Source of the DNA: an uncultured Flavobacteriaceae bacterium
GTDB taxonomy: Bacteria > Bacteroidota > Bacteroidia > Flavobacteriales > Flavobacteriaceae
DNA: 38,931 nt
Reading direction: 5' to 3'
Assembly (NCBI GenBank): GCA_964388865.1
Contig: CAYMDB010000002.1
Location: 1 to 38,931, forward strand
Positions 1-9,711 of the stretch are shown piece by piece; position 1 is the stretch's first letter, and each line of letters begins with the position of its first letter. A program made the position numbers and the translations under genes. The notes beneath the pieces are model-generated. The model searched no databases, was not told the origin of the DNA, and worked only from the letters and a program-made list of their open reading frames with translations.

Positions 1-837
1 GGCTATCCTAGAGGACGAGTTATTGAAATTTACGGTCCAGAATCCTCTGGTAAAACCACCTTAACGCTTCATGCGATTGCTGAAGCTCAAAAAGCAGGTG
101 GTATTGCTGCTTTTATTGATGCGGAACATGCCTTTGATAGAAACTATGCCAAAAATTTACATGTTGATATCGATAATCTAATCATATCTCAACCTGATAA
201 TGGTGAACAAGCTTTAGAAATCACTGATAATTTAATTCGCTCCGGAGCTATTGACATTGTTGTTATCGATTCTGTTGCCGCCTTGACACCAAAGAGTGAA
301 ATTGAAGGTGAAATGGGCGACTCTAAAATGGGACTTCACGCGCGCTTAATGTCTCAAGCCCTTAGAAAATTGACCGCTTCCATTAGCAAAACAAATTGCA
401 CCGTAATATTTATTAATCAATTACGTGAAAAAATTGGTGTCATGTTCGGGAATCCTGAAACAACCACTGGTGGTAACGCCCTAAAATTCTATGCTTCGGT
501 ACGTTTAGATATAAGACGATCAACACAGATTAAAGATAGTGATAGCAACGTATTAGGTAACAAAACCAGAGTTAAAGTCGTTAAAAATAAAGTAGCACCT
601 CCATTTAAAACTGCTGAGTTTGATATTATGTATGGTGTAGGTATTTCTAAAGTTGGTGAAATTTTAGATTTAGCTGTAGAACACGATATTGTTAAAAAGA
701 GTGGGTCTTGGTTTAGTTACGGTGACACAAAATTAGGACAAGGACGTGATGCAGTAAAACTGTTGCTGCAAGACAATCCGGACTTAATGGATGAACTTGA
801 AGCAAAAGTGAGGGCCATTGTAAACGACTCTAAATAA
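1..837 (+). CDS. recA: Recombinase RecA (5'-truncated by window)
   Basis: Frame 1 is open from base 1: [20 protein letters not shown] (Walker A), later [32 protein letters not shown]. The ORF-track start at 283 is internal. Confidence 0.99.
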   Translation, partial: GYPRGRVIEIYGPESSGKTTLTLHAIAEAQKAGGIAAFIDAEHAFDRNYAKNLHVDIDNLIISQPDNGEQALEITDNLIRSGAIDIVVIDSVAALTPKSEIEGEMGDSKMGLHARLMSQALRKLTASISKTNCTVIFINQLREKIGVMFGNPETTTGGNALKFYASVRLDIRRSTQIKDSDSNVLGNKTRVKVVKNKVAPPFKTAEFDIMYGVGISKVGEILDLAVEHDIVKKSGSWFSYGDTKLGQGRDAVKLLLQDNPDLMDELEAKVRAIVNDSK

Positions 838-846
838 CCTTAAATT

Positions 847-875
847 AAAATCCTGAAAAAATTCAGGATTTTTTT
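847..875 (+). terminator. Intrinsic terminator after recA
   Basis: AAAATCCTGAA-aaaa-TTCAGGATTTT stem followed by a T run. Confidence 0.85.
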
Positions 876-885
876 AGTTTTAGAC

Positions 886-911
886 GCAACCCTTTTACTC
901 ATTGCGCATCT
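886..911 (+). promoter_or_regulatory. Candidate ECF-sigma promoter (GCAACC-N15-CATCT)
   Basis: AAC-containing -35 and C(A)TCT -10 elements lie just upstream of the lipoprotein-ECF-anti-sigma operon, consistent with ECF autoregulation. Confidence 0.5.
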
Positions 912-936
912 TATTGATGTATCTGAATGTATAATA

Positions 937-1350
937 ATGAAATCATATAGTTTTTATTCTTTATTTTTTTTAATCCTATTTACCTCGTGCAGCATTGATG
1001 ATGACATTCCTCAAGTTATTACAGAGGTTATGCCTATTGAAAGTGTAGACGTTCCAGAACATTTTATATTTGGCCAAACGCATGAGATCTCGGTAACCTA
1101 TAGCAGACCCTCGTCTTGTTATCAGTTTTACGATTTTATTTATGCCATTGATGGTAATACCCGAACCGTCGCCGTAGTAAATACTTTATATGCCAATGAA
1201 AATTGTACACAAGAACCGGAATCCGCAACAGCGAGCTTTGAGCTAACAGTAACAAGAACTGAAACTTATGTGTTCAAATTTTTTCAGGGTCAGAATGAAG
1301 ACGGTGTAGACCAATACCATCTTGTAGAAGTGCCGGTGGTGTTAGACTAG
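937..1350 (+). CDS. Hypothetical lipoprotein
   Basis: Lipobox FTSC followed by acidic SIDDD (Bacteroidota surface-export-like signal). Two further Cys. Confidence 0.85.
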   Translation: MKSYSFYSLFFLILFTSCSIDDDIPQVITEVMPIESVDVPEHFIFGQTHEISVTYSRPSSCYQFYDFIYAIDGNTRTVAVVNTLYANENCTQEPESATASFELTVTRTETYVFKFFQGQNEDGVDQYHLVEVPVVLD

Positions 1351-1401
1351 TTAATTTTAAAGAATAGATGAAAATAATTATTAATTAATCCCTAAACTAA
1401 T

Positions 1402-1947
1402 GTGAGTTTAGAACAACTCATAAAAAAGTGTATTAATCAAGATGCTGAAGCTCAAAGCCAATTATACAAGCAATATGCGAGTAAATTATTTTCGCTTTGT
1501 CTTAAGTACTCTAAAAATTACGTTGAGGCAGAAGACAATTTGCACGACGCATTTATAACTATATTTAGTAAAATAAGTCAGTATAAAAATAAAGGTTCTT
1601 TTGAAGGTTGGTTAAAACGCATTGCCATTAATACGGCATTACAGCGTTACAGAAAAGATGTTGGGGTTTTTGACATTGTAAACGAAGGTCAAATTGAAGA
1701 CGTTTCAGTAGATTTAAATGATACGAATTTAAATATCGATTATTTACTGAAAATTATTCAAGAATTACCAGATCGTTACAGGCTCGTATTCAATTTATAT
1801 GTGTTAGATGGTTACTCTCATGCCGAGATTAGTGATTTACTCACTATTTCAACTGGAACTTCAAAATCTAATTTAGCGAGAGCGCGAATGATTTTGAAAG
1901 ATAAAATAGAAACTTATAGAGCGAATTCTAATTCGCAAAGTTTATAA
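1402..1947 (+). CDS. ECF-type RNA polymerase sigma-70 factor
   Basis: Region 2 AEDNLHDAFITIF..GSFEGWLKRIAIN and region 4 ELPDRYRLVFNL..GYSHAEIS..GTSKSNLARAR. Confidence 0.97.
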   Translation: MSLEQLIKKCINQDAEAQSQLYKQYASKLFSLCLKYSKNYVEAEDNLHDAFITIFSKISQYKNKGSFEGWLKRIAINTALQRYRKDVGVFDIVNEGQIEDVSVDLNDTNLNIDYLLKIIQELPDRYRLVFNLYVLDGYSHAEISDLLTISTGTSKSNLARARMILKDKIETYRANSNSQSL

Positions 1948-1949
1948 AA

Positions 1950-3524
1950 ATGAACGAAAAGAAAAACATAGACAGACTTTTTCAAGAAAAGTTTAAAGAT
2001 TTTGAAGTAGCGCCTAATGATGCTATTTGGAATCGTATAAACGAAAGTCTTCCTAATAAAAAGAAAAAACGAAGGGTGCTTGCGCTTTGGTGGCAAATAG
2101 GTGCCGTCGCTGCAGCCATTGCTATTTTACTAACTATTGGTGTTTCGGTTTTCAATTCAAATAAAAACAACACCCAAGAATTTCCTGTTGTAGATACAGA
2201 TAAAATCGATACGGACAATAAACAATACAATACAAGTGTAGAGCCATCAAAAAAGTCTAATTCAATCCATTCTGAAAACGAAAGGGATAACCTCAAGTTT
2301 GTAAATTCAAATACCGATCAAAACACAGGGTTAGAGAATCAAAAAAATAGTTCTACTGAAAAAGATAAGTCCTCACAAAACCTCAACAATTCCAATGCCT
2401 ACAAACAGCACTCAAACACTGTTGTGACTCAAGAAAACAAAGAAGGCCATCAGGATTCCGCAGAAAAATCTCATAATTTAATTCAAAATCCGACTAAAAC
2501 TGAGACTGATAGGATTGTCGCAAATGCAAAAACGATTCCATCGACTTCAACTGAAAAAGAGACTTCTCAAATAACAGGAGAAAACGAAATAAAAGCTTCA
2601 GTTAAAAATACCATTGACGACAACACAACCGCTGTGGCAGAACAAAAATCTTCAGAAACACTTAAAAGGTCTACGCTACAATCGGATAAAAAGAATACTA
2701 CCGAATTAAAACATACGGCAATTGAAGATTCAGAAAAGCCATCTATAGAAGATGCGATTGCAGAAAATGAAACTACCCCTATTGAAAAAGAAGAAGGGAA
2801 ACAAAACAGGTGGAGCGTTTCACCAAATGTTGCACCTGTTTATTACAATTCTTTAGGGCAAGGCTCCTCTTTAGATCAACAATTTAATGAAAATACTAAA
2901 AGTAGCCCTGTAAACATCAGTTATGGGATTTCTGGCAGTTACGCTGTTTCTAAAACATTAAAAATTCGTGCAGGTATCAATCGTGTAAATCTCAGTCAGA
3001 TAACTTCAGATGTCCTTGCTTTTGCTGGTGAAGAAACCGCTGCTAGAGGCATAGGAGCGCAATTTGATAATATTAGTTTTAATAACGGAGACCACAGCGT
3101 TTCTTTGATGAGCTCGAATAGGTTAAAGCGATCTTCAGCACCAGAACTTTTTAATTCAAAAACAGCAGGAAATTTAGACCAAAAATTTGGATTTGTAGAA
3201 GTGCCTTTAGAACTCGAATATCGCTTAATAGATAAGACGTTTGGTATTAATGTTATCGGTGGATTTAGCACCTTCTTTTTAAGTCAAAATGATATATATG
3301 CAGATTTAGATGGAGTGTCAACCTTAATCGGTGAAGCAAATAATATTAATGACACCAGCTTTAGTGCAAACTTTGGGCTAGGCATGGATTACAATCTATC
3401 AAAACAATGGAATATCAATCTTGAACCCACCTTCAAGTATCAAATAAATACTTTTACCAATACATCGGGTAATTTTAGACCCTTCTTTATTGGTGTGTAT
3501 ACAGGATTAAGTTTTAAGTTTTAG
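1950..3524 (+). CDS. Putative anti-sigma factor with long low-complexity linker and C-terminal outer-membrane beta-barrel
   Basis: N-terminal IDRLFQEKFKDFEVAP..W domain, one TM helix, ~200 aa S/T/N/E/K-rich linker, alternating beta strands ending GLSFKF. Directly downstream of the ECF sigma. Confidence 0.85.
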   Translation: MNEKKNIDRLFQEKFKDFEVAPNDAIWNRINESLPNKKKKRRVLALWWQIGAVAAAIAILLTIGVSVFNSNKNNTQEFPVVDTDKIDTDNKQYNTSVEPSKKSNSIHSENERDNLKFVNSNTDQNTGLENQKNSSTEKDKSSQNLNNSNAYKQHSNTVVTQENKEGHQDSAEKSHNLIQNPTKTETDRIVANAKTIPSTSTEKETSQITGENEIKASVKNTIDDNTTAVAEQKSSETLKRSTLQSDKKNTTELKHTAIEDSEKPSIEDAIAENETTPIEKEEGKQNRWSVSPNVAPVYYNSLGQGSSLDQQFNENTKSSPVNISYGISGSYAVSKTLKIRAGINRVNLSQITSDVLAFAGEETAARGIGAQFDNISFNNGDHSVSLMSSNRLKRSSAPELFNSKTAGNLDQKFGFVEVPLELEYRLIDKTFGINVIGGFSTFFLSQNDIYADLDGVSTLIGEANNINDTSFSANFGLGMDYNLSKQWNINLEPTFKYQINTFTNTSGNFRPFFIGVYTGLSFKF

Positions 3525-3547
3525 GTTAGGTTATTGTATATTTGTCG

Positions 3548-3622
3548 GTAGACTGGCAACTCATTTAAGCAATGATGAATACAATGATTACAAAAGCTAC
3601 TCGTGGTTAGGGTAGCTTTTTT
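3548..3622 (+). ncRNA. Candidate small RNA (or 12-aa micro-ORF 3572..3610)
   Basis: Consensus -7 promoter TATATTTG at 3537-3544, ~75 nt body, terminator AAAAGCTAC..GTAGCTTTTTT at 3592-3622. Confidence 0.45.
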
Positions 3623-4359
3623 GTTTTTTCAGGTTGACTTAATTCGTCCCAAATTAGCGTTCTCGCTTTTTCGTTTACGGATTTTGTATCCGCAATTATC
3701 AGTCCATCTATTTTTATAAACTCATGTATTTTGGCGCGCATTCTACCGGGTCCGCCACTAAAAAAAGTATAAGAAAATCGTTTTTTATTATCATAGAAGG
3801 TTATTGGAACGACTGGAATTTGATGATTAATAGCTAAACGAAAGGCACCATCTTTAAATGTATCTAAAAGGACGTACTCCTCTGGTACGCCGCCTTCAGG
3901 AAAAATACAAATACTCAAACCCTGTTTAAGACGTCGTTGGGCTTTCAAAAATACAGTTTGTCTACTTTTAGCACTGTTTCGGTCTACTAAAATACAAGTC
4001 CGCTTGTAAAAAAATCCAAACAATGGAATTTTAGTCAATTCTTGCTTTCCCACAAAAACAAAAGGATTTTTTACAGTAACCAGCATTAGCATAATATCGG
4101 CCATAGAGGTATGGTTTGCGACAAACATGTAACTCTTTGAGCGATTTATAGTTTCCTCTTTTATGATTTTGTACCTAAAGCCCATTCCTATTAAAATAAA
4201 CTTGGCCCAAAACCGAGCCAGTTTAAAAAAATACGGATACCATTTTTCTCTAGAAATAGAAATAAATAAGAAAGGAAATAAAAATAAGATTGGTAAAGCT
4301 ACCAGAATGTAAAACCACACACGGTATAAAACCCAAAAAGGATATTTAATAACTGCCAT
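3607..4359 (-). CDS. plsC: 1-acyl-sn-glycerol-3-phosphate acyltransferase
   Basis: NHTSMAD (HX4D) and FPEG motifs. Confidence 0.92.
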   Translation of the reverse strand: MAVIKYPFWVLYRVWFYILVALPILFLFPFLFISISREKWYPYFFKLARFWAKFILIGMGFRYKIIKEETINRSKSYMFVANHTSMADIMLMLVTVKNPFVFVGKQELTKIPLFGFFYKRTCILVDRNSAKSRQTVFLKAQRRLKQGLSICIFPEGGVPEEYVLLDTFKDGAFRLAINHQIPVVPITFYDNKKRFSYTFFSGGPGRMRAKIHEFIKIDGLIIADTKSVNEKARTLIWDELSQPEKTKKLP

Positions 4360-4415
4360 AGCACCAAAACTAACTATTTAAATTAAATCGATTCCCATAG
4401 TTGTCCTAAAAAATT

Positions 4416-4423
4416 TACCTTTG
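4416..4423 (+). promoter_or_regulatory. Bacteroidota housekeeping -7 element (trpS)
   Basis: TACCTTTG matches TAnnTTTG. Confidence 0.6.
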
Positions 4424-4476
4424 CTTTTTCGTTTTATTTTGAGAATAAAAACAACGCGAGTATCGTAACACATCTC

Positions 4477-4548
4477 TGTCACCTTGAGCGCAATCGAAAT
4501 GCATTAATCCTAAGAGGACTAATCTTTTCGACTACCTTCGAAATGACA
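4477..4548. repeat. Degenerate inverted pair of GTCA-footed palindromic repeats
   Basis: TGTCACCTTGAGCGCAATCGAAATG ... TTTTCGACTACCTTCGAAATGACA; related to the copy at 24422-24449. Confidence 0.65.
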
Positions 4549-4573
4549 GTTTTGACTATAGTTTAATTAAAAA

Positions 4574-4594
4574 AGATTCCTGCTTTCGCAGGAA
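4574..4594. repeat. REP-like hairpin (CCTGC-TTTC-GCAGG subfamily)
   Basis: AGATTCCTGCTTTCGCAGGAA, 6 nt before the trpS ATG. Confidence 0.8.
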
Positions 4595-4600
4595 GTTAAC

Positions 4601-5569
4601 ATGGCAAGAATATTAACAGGCATACAAAGTACAGGCACTCCGCATTTAGGTAACCTTTTAGGGGCTATTTTACCCGCAATAGAAATGGCAAATGACGCTA
4701 AAAACGATTCATTTCTATTTATTGCTAACCTCCACACCTTAACACAAATTAAAGATGCTGAAGCTTTAAGACAGCACACCTATTCCGTAGCTGCCACCTG
4801 GTTGGCTTTTGGTTTAGACATTGACAAAACTGTGTTTTACAGACAAAGTGATGTGCCACAAGTAACAGAACTATCCTGGTATTTAAGCTGTTTTTTTCCG
4901 TACCAGCGCTTAACCTTAGCCCATGGTTTTAAGGATAAAGCCGACCGATTAGAAGATGTAAATTCGGGTTTATTTAATTATCCGATGCTTATGGCGGCGG
5001 ATATTTTATTGTATGATGCTGAAATCATTCCGGTAGGAAAAGACCAATTACAACATATTGAAATGACCCGAGATGTCGCCTCGCGATTTCATGCGAAAAT
5101 GGGTGAAACTTTTGTAATGCCTGAAGGAAAAGTTCAAGAACACAACATGTTAATTCCCGGAACAGATGGCGAAAAAATGAGTAAGAGTAGAGGTAATTTT
5201 ATCAATATCTTTTTACCTGAAAAGCAACTGCGCAAAAAAATAATGTCTATTGAAACCGATAGCACTCCACTCGAAGAACCTAAGGATTGGCGCAGCTGTA
5301 ACTGTTTTGCTATTTATAAATTAATGGCATCAAAAGCTCAAATTGCGGAAATGAAAGCCAATTATGAAGGAGGTAACTATGGTTACGGTCATGCAAAACA
5401 AGCTTTATATGAATTAATTTTAGACCGTTTTGCTGAACCTAGAGAACGTTATAATTATTATATGAGCAACCTCAACGAACTTGATGCGGCTTTGGCTAAA
5501 GGGGCTTCAAAAGCGAGATTGGTTGCAGATGATGTTTTAAAACGTGTTAGAGAAAAGGTGGGGTATTAA
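4601..5569 (+). CDS. trpS: Tryptophan--tRNA ligase
   Basis: HLGN and KMSKS class I motifs; YPMLMAADILLY, PVGKDQ. Confidence 0.99.
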   Translation: MARILTGIQSTGTPHLGNLLGAILPAIEMANDAKNDSFLFIANLHTLTQIKDAEALRQHTYSVAATWLAFGLDIDKTVFYRQSDVPQVTELSWYLSCFFPYQRLTLAHGFKDKADRLEDVNSGLFNYPMLMAADILLYDAEIIPVGKDQLQHIEMTRDVASRFHAKMGETFVMPEGKVQEHNMLIPGTDGEKMSKSRGNFINIFLPEKQLRKKIMSIETDSTPLEEPKDWRSCNCFAIYKLMASKAQIAEMKANYEGGNYGYGHAKQALYELILDRFAEPRERYNYYMSNLNELDAALAKGASKARLVADDVLKRVREKVGY

Positions 5570-5600
5570 ACATAACTCTAAAGACTCAAACTCCATAAAA

Positions 5601-5633
5601 AGACCTAACAGGTTTCAAAAACCTGTTAGGTCT
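5601..5633. repeat. 33-bp palindromic REP (ACCTGnCAGGT-type family)
   Basis: AGACCTAACAGGTTTCAAAAACCTGTTAGGTCT. Confidence 0.85.
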
Positions 5634-5664
5634 CTTCGCGACGGAAATGTGAAATCTTTAAACC

Positions 5665-5826
5665 CTAAATCACCTCAAACAATTTCCCCGGCAAGGACCT
5701 TATCACTCCTTTCAATTCCATATTCAGTAAAATACCTGCTAATTTATAGGTGGGCATTTCACACTTTAAGGCAATAACATCGAGCAATTCTTTATTGTTC
5801 TCTTTTAGAAAGTTATAAATGATTTT
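5665..5826 (-). pseudogene. dprA: Orphan 3' fragment of dprA (last 53 codons plus stop)
   Basis: Reads KIIYNFLKENNKELLDVIALKCEMPTYKLAGILLNMELKGVIRSLPGKLFEVI*. About 89% nt identity (18/162 mismatches, hand count) to 10089-10250. Confidence 0.95.
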
Positions 5827-5827
5827 A

Positions 5828-5887
5828 AAAGCTAAGGCAGTCGCAGATGCGGTTTTAAAACGTGTAATGGGAAAAGTGGGGTATTAA
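5828..5887 (+). pseudogene. trpS: Orphan 3' fragment of trpS (last 19 codons plus stop)
   Basis: KAKAVADAVLKRVMGKVGY* versus intact KARLVADDVLKRVREKVGY* (5510-5569). Confidence 0.9.
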
Positions 5888-5888
5888 A

Positions 5889-8550
5889 TTAAAATCGAAA
5901 CCCAACGGAAAATAAGATGAAACGCTCTTGTAAATTATGCTCAAAACTTGATGTTGATAAATCTGAAGAACGGATGTTCCTAAAGGTTTTTTGATTGAGC
6001 AAATTGTTTGCCCTAAGCCTATATTCTACTTTTTTGTTTTTTGACGTCAAACTTATTGAAGCATCCAAAAATAAATCCCCCGAAACACTAGATCTTAAAT
6101 CTGGTTTAAAATATTGACTATCTAAAGTAAATTGAAAATTATTCTTTACATACTTAACTGTAAAATCATTCCGAAATGAAGTGAATTCATTTGAACCTCC
6201 CAGATCTGTTTCAAAAAAATTATTGTTTACGAATAGCTTATTTTCAAAATTAATTGCGCTTTTAAAACCTGTTCTTGCTTTAAACTCAACCAGTAGGTTT
6301 CTGCTTGTATTGTTTCTTAATTCTGAATCATTTATTAAGTTTTGATACTTACTAATGCCATAGTTTGAATTTAAATTGAACGTAGTTCTTAAAAAATGTA
6401 AATATTTTTCTAGCCTAAATCCTAATTGATAATTCTCGTTATCCGTAGCTTCAACAATAGAAGTACTGAAGTTAATATTTTCATCAATATTCAATCGAGC
6501 CAAATAGCCAAATTTGCTATAATTATAACTTGAATAGATATTAAACTGAAATAAATTATAAAAATCATTGATGCGGTAACCTAATTTGTATGAATGATTA
6601 TTAAAAAGATTGAATGAAAAATCATTATTTAGTAATGATCTGTAATCAGTTAAAACAACGCCTGAAAACGTAGATCTAGCCTCTGGTATCTGGTTTGATA
6701 GGTTGTACGTTGCATACAAGTTAGATTTTTTATTGATATAATAATTGATTGTCAATTCTGGATAAACCATAAAAAATGAATCTTCATAATTCTCTTCTAT
6801 ATTAAAATCGTTAAGTTTGATTTGAAAAAATTCACTTTTTAAATTTGTTATAAAGCCCCATTTTTTTAGTCTGTAGTTGTAGTCTAAATTTAAATAAGGT
6901 TTTGAAATTTGATAGTATAAATTATTGATTGCAGACTGATTTACAAATGAAACTCCTTGTAGCTCGGAATCCACAAAACTTTCATCAAAAATATAGCCCA
7001 TACTGAGTGCAAGTTCGTTAGCCTTAATTTTTGAAAGCAAAGATGTATTAAAATCAATAGTATTTCTTTTAAAATCTATATGTTGTTCTGGGTTTTGAAC
7101 ACCTATAGTTACGTCTACATTTTGAGGTAGGTTATTTGTGGAAATATTGAGTGAAGATTGTAGAACTGTTGCTTTTTTAAATCGGTTTGTATACTCAATT
7201 TTATTTGTAAAAAACAGGTCTCTACTAAACGTCTCTTTGGAGAACAAGTCATTATTGTTAAATCCTGTTGAAGTTCTCTCAATTTTTTTATATTCTAATT
7301 TTCCGTCGGAGGTTAGTAATTTGGTGTCCTTTATTTTATAGATTAAGTTATAGGCAGAAGAATGCACTGACGGCCTTAACTTAATGTTCTCAGAGGTGTT
7401 AATATTTATAGTTTCATTATCAAAACCGTAAATGATAGTTGTTTCTTCCTTTCTTACTAATCTGTCTTTAAACGCATTATAGTTTACTCTCAACGACAAA
7501 TTATCTTGAATTTTAAAAAGAGAATTAACAGAACCAAAAAAATTATCATTTACTCGTGTTCTGTTATCTGGTAAAATGGAACTAAATCCGTTTTCATTGA
7601 CAAGATTAGACGTCCGTTGAGTCAATTCTGATAGCTTTGAAATATCTATATTGTTTGACACAAAGTTGAAGGGACTATAATTTTCTCCAATATTATTATA
7701 GCCAATAGAAGAAAACCCTTTGGTTTTCTTTGATACTAAAATAGAATTTAGTTTTGCATACTGTTTTGAGTCTAAACCTAACCCCAATTCTGCGTTACCA
7801 GACAAATCTGCTTTCCCTTTTTTTAATTTTAAATTTAAAGCTACATCTTGTGAGGATTTAACACCTTTCAATAATGGGTTATCGTCATAATCTTCAAAAG
7901 CCTCTATACTTTCTATAATATCAGAGCTGATATTTTTTGTCCCAATAGAATAGTTTGAATCAAAAATATTATCATTATCTAACAATAATCTTGTAACCGT
8001 TTTGCCTTTAAATCTTACCATGCCATTTTCCTCAACCGTAATTCCTGGCAATTTTTTTTAAAATATCCTCAACTACGCGTTCTGTACCATCTTTGAATTT
8101 TTCTATATTATACACAGTAGTGTCTTTTTTTACACTAATAGGAGGTTTTTTACCTTCTATATAGACTTCATCCAATTCATCAACACGTACATTTAAACTG
8201 AAATTTAGAATATAAGTCTCCCCTTTAGAAGGATTAATATTTAAAGCTATTATTTCTTTTTTATAGCTCAATATAGAGGCCTCAATAATTAATGCCTCAA
8301 ACTCTTTCGGTAGTCTTTTTTTATAAAACCCTTCTTCGTTCGTAAACGTATAATCTAATAGAGCCCCATCTTTAGTTTTAATAAGAATATTTACATTACG
8401 TAATGAAACATTTGTTGTAGCGTCTTTTACAAAACCCTGAATATCAGACTGAGAATAAACAATGTTAGTCAAAAAAAATAGAACCATAAAATTTATGGCT
8501 CTAATAAATTGGATAAAATAAAAAATGTTAATCCTCAATATACGTTTCAA
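5889..8550 (-). pseudogene. GLPGLI-associated outer-membrane beta-barrel (CarboxypepD_reg-like N-domain, TonB-receptor-like plug and barrel), split by a +1 frameshift in an A8 run
   Basis: ORFs 8032..8550 and 5889..8051 join as ..VEDILKKLPGITV.. if one A is removed at 8052-8059, giving ~886 aa. C-terminus FSVGFRF. Confidence 0.85.
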
Positions 8551-9292
8551 TTCCTCTCTTAGGTATCGATCTCACACCACCATCTGGAGACCTGTAATGC
8601 TTTAGCTCTTCGCTTTTTTTCTTGTAAGCATTAGTAAATGCCTCCCATGAAATACTCTTATCAATATTATCTATGTAAGGATTTTCAATTTCATTTTCTG
8701 TGTTTCTAATTTCAATTTCATTAGCCACTATTTTAAAAACATCATCTTCTGAAAATACCTTTAAGATCAATCCTGGTAAATTTCCAAATTTCCAAGGCCC
8801 GTTATTAAACTCTATTTCAGTTGTAAAATAAGCTATATAATCTCTTCCTCTGTGGGTTGTCGTAGCTTTTTGACTTTTATACCCTAGTATATATTCGAAT
8901 TCATTCTTAATAGTCCAATTAAAAATTGTGTCAGAATCTCTTACTAAAAAAGGTTTCATACCTATTCTCTGGATGCTAAAAATATCTTTAGTGACTAAAT
9001 TTTTATAAATAAAGTCATTTACTTTGGGTTTGATAGCAAATATAGCAACGCTTTCAGAATCTTCTTCTTTTTGAAAATTAGAATTATTCAAAAAGTCCAT
9101 TTCGTAGATTGAACCATATTTATTAACTCTTAAAAAAGCATTTACAGTGGTTGCTGTCGGTAAATTTTCCATATGAATTGAATGCTCATATTTAACAAGC
9201 AATAGCTCCGAGGAACTATTGCTTTCTTTAATTTGAGAGAATAATATTAAAGGGAAAATAAGTATAAAAATAAATATATTATTTACATTCAT
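8528..9292 (-). CDS. GLPGLI family protein
   Basis: Signal peptide; ILGYKSQKATTTHRGRDYIAYFTTEI..GPWKFGNLPGLIL. Confidence 0.93.
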   Translation of the reverse strand: MNVNNIFIFILIFPLILFSQIKESNSSSELLLVKYEHSIHMENLPTATTVNAFLRVNKYGSIYEMDFLNNSNFQKEEDSESVAIFAIKPKVNDFIYKNLVTKDIFSIQRIGMKPFLVRDSDTIFNWTIKNEFEYILGYKSQKATTTHRGRDYIAYFTTEIEFNNGPWKFGNLPGLILKVFSEDDVFKIVANEIEIRNTENEIENPYIDNIDKSISWEAFTNAYKKKSEELKHYRSPDGGVRSIPKRGIETYIED

Positions 9293-9305
9293 AAGTATTA
9301 ATTAA

Positions 9306-9605
9306 TTATAAACCTGTTGTGTCGCCTCCTTGAGATAATATATACATCAATGCTGCGGTTCTAGCTCGAGTACAAGCATTTGCAAGACCACCAGACTGAG
9401 AAGCATAAAAAGTAAATGTTTCTCTAACCTCCCCATTGTAAGTTACAGTAGCAGTACATGCAATGTCTTTTATGTAATCTAGTTTAAAGTCAAAATTTTC
9501 AACACTAAGATCTTCATTGATACTAGTTTGACTTGTAACAGATTCGTTACTTGTAAATGACATAAATCCAAATGCTAGTATAAATAAAATAAGAATTTTT
9601 TTCAT
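9306..9605 (-). CDS. Small secreted protein (signal peptide, acidic segment, two-Cys C-terminal domain)
   Basis: MKKILILFILAFGFMSF signal; acidic residues ~20-48; C-X27-C region; A/T-rich leader typical of Bacteroidota. Confidence 0.8.
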   Translation of the reverse strand: MKKILILFILAFGFMSFTSNESVTSQTSINEDLSVENFDFKLDYIKDIACTATVTYNGEVRETFTFYASQSGGLANACTRARTAALMYILSQGGDTTGL

Positions 9606-9711
9606 AATAATAAATTTTAAGTTAAAAGATTAATAATCAGATAAAATTCTCACAAAAGGACTTCATTGCCAATTAAAAAAATAATAGGTTTATTAAAATT
9701 TTAATAATTCA

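Noticed and set aside
1914-3271. Antisense ORFs 1914..2096, 1982..2296, 2996..3271 and the other short ORFs nested in or opposite long genes across the window
   Set aside because: Shadow frames of well-supported genes.
4424-4600. T-box or attenuator in the trpS leader
   Set aside because: No T-box consensus or Trp-codon leader peptide; the structures are explained by REPs.
5544-5777. 77-aa ORF after trpS
   Set aside because: Composed of a REP (RPNRFQKPVRS) and the antisense of the dprA fragment.
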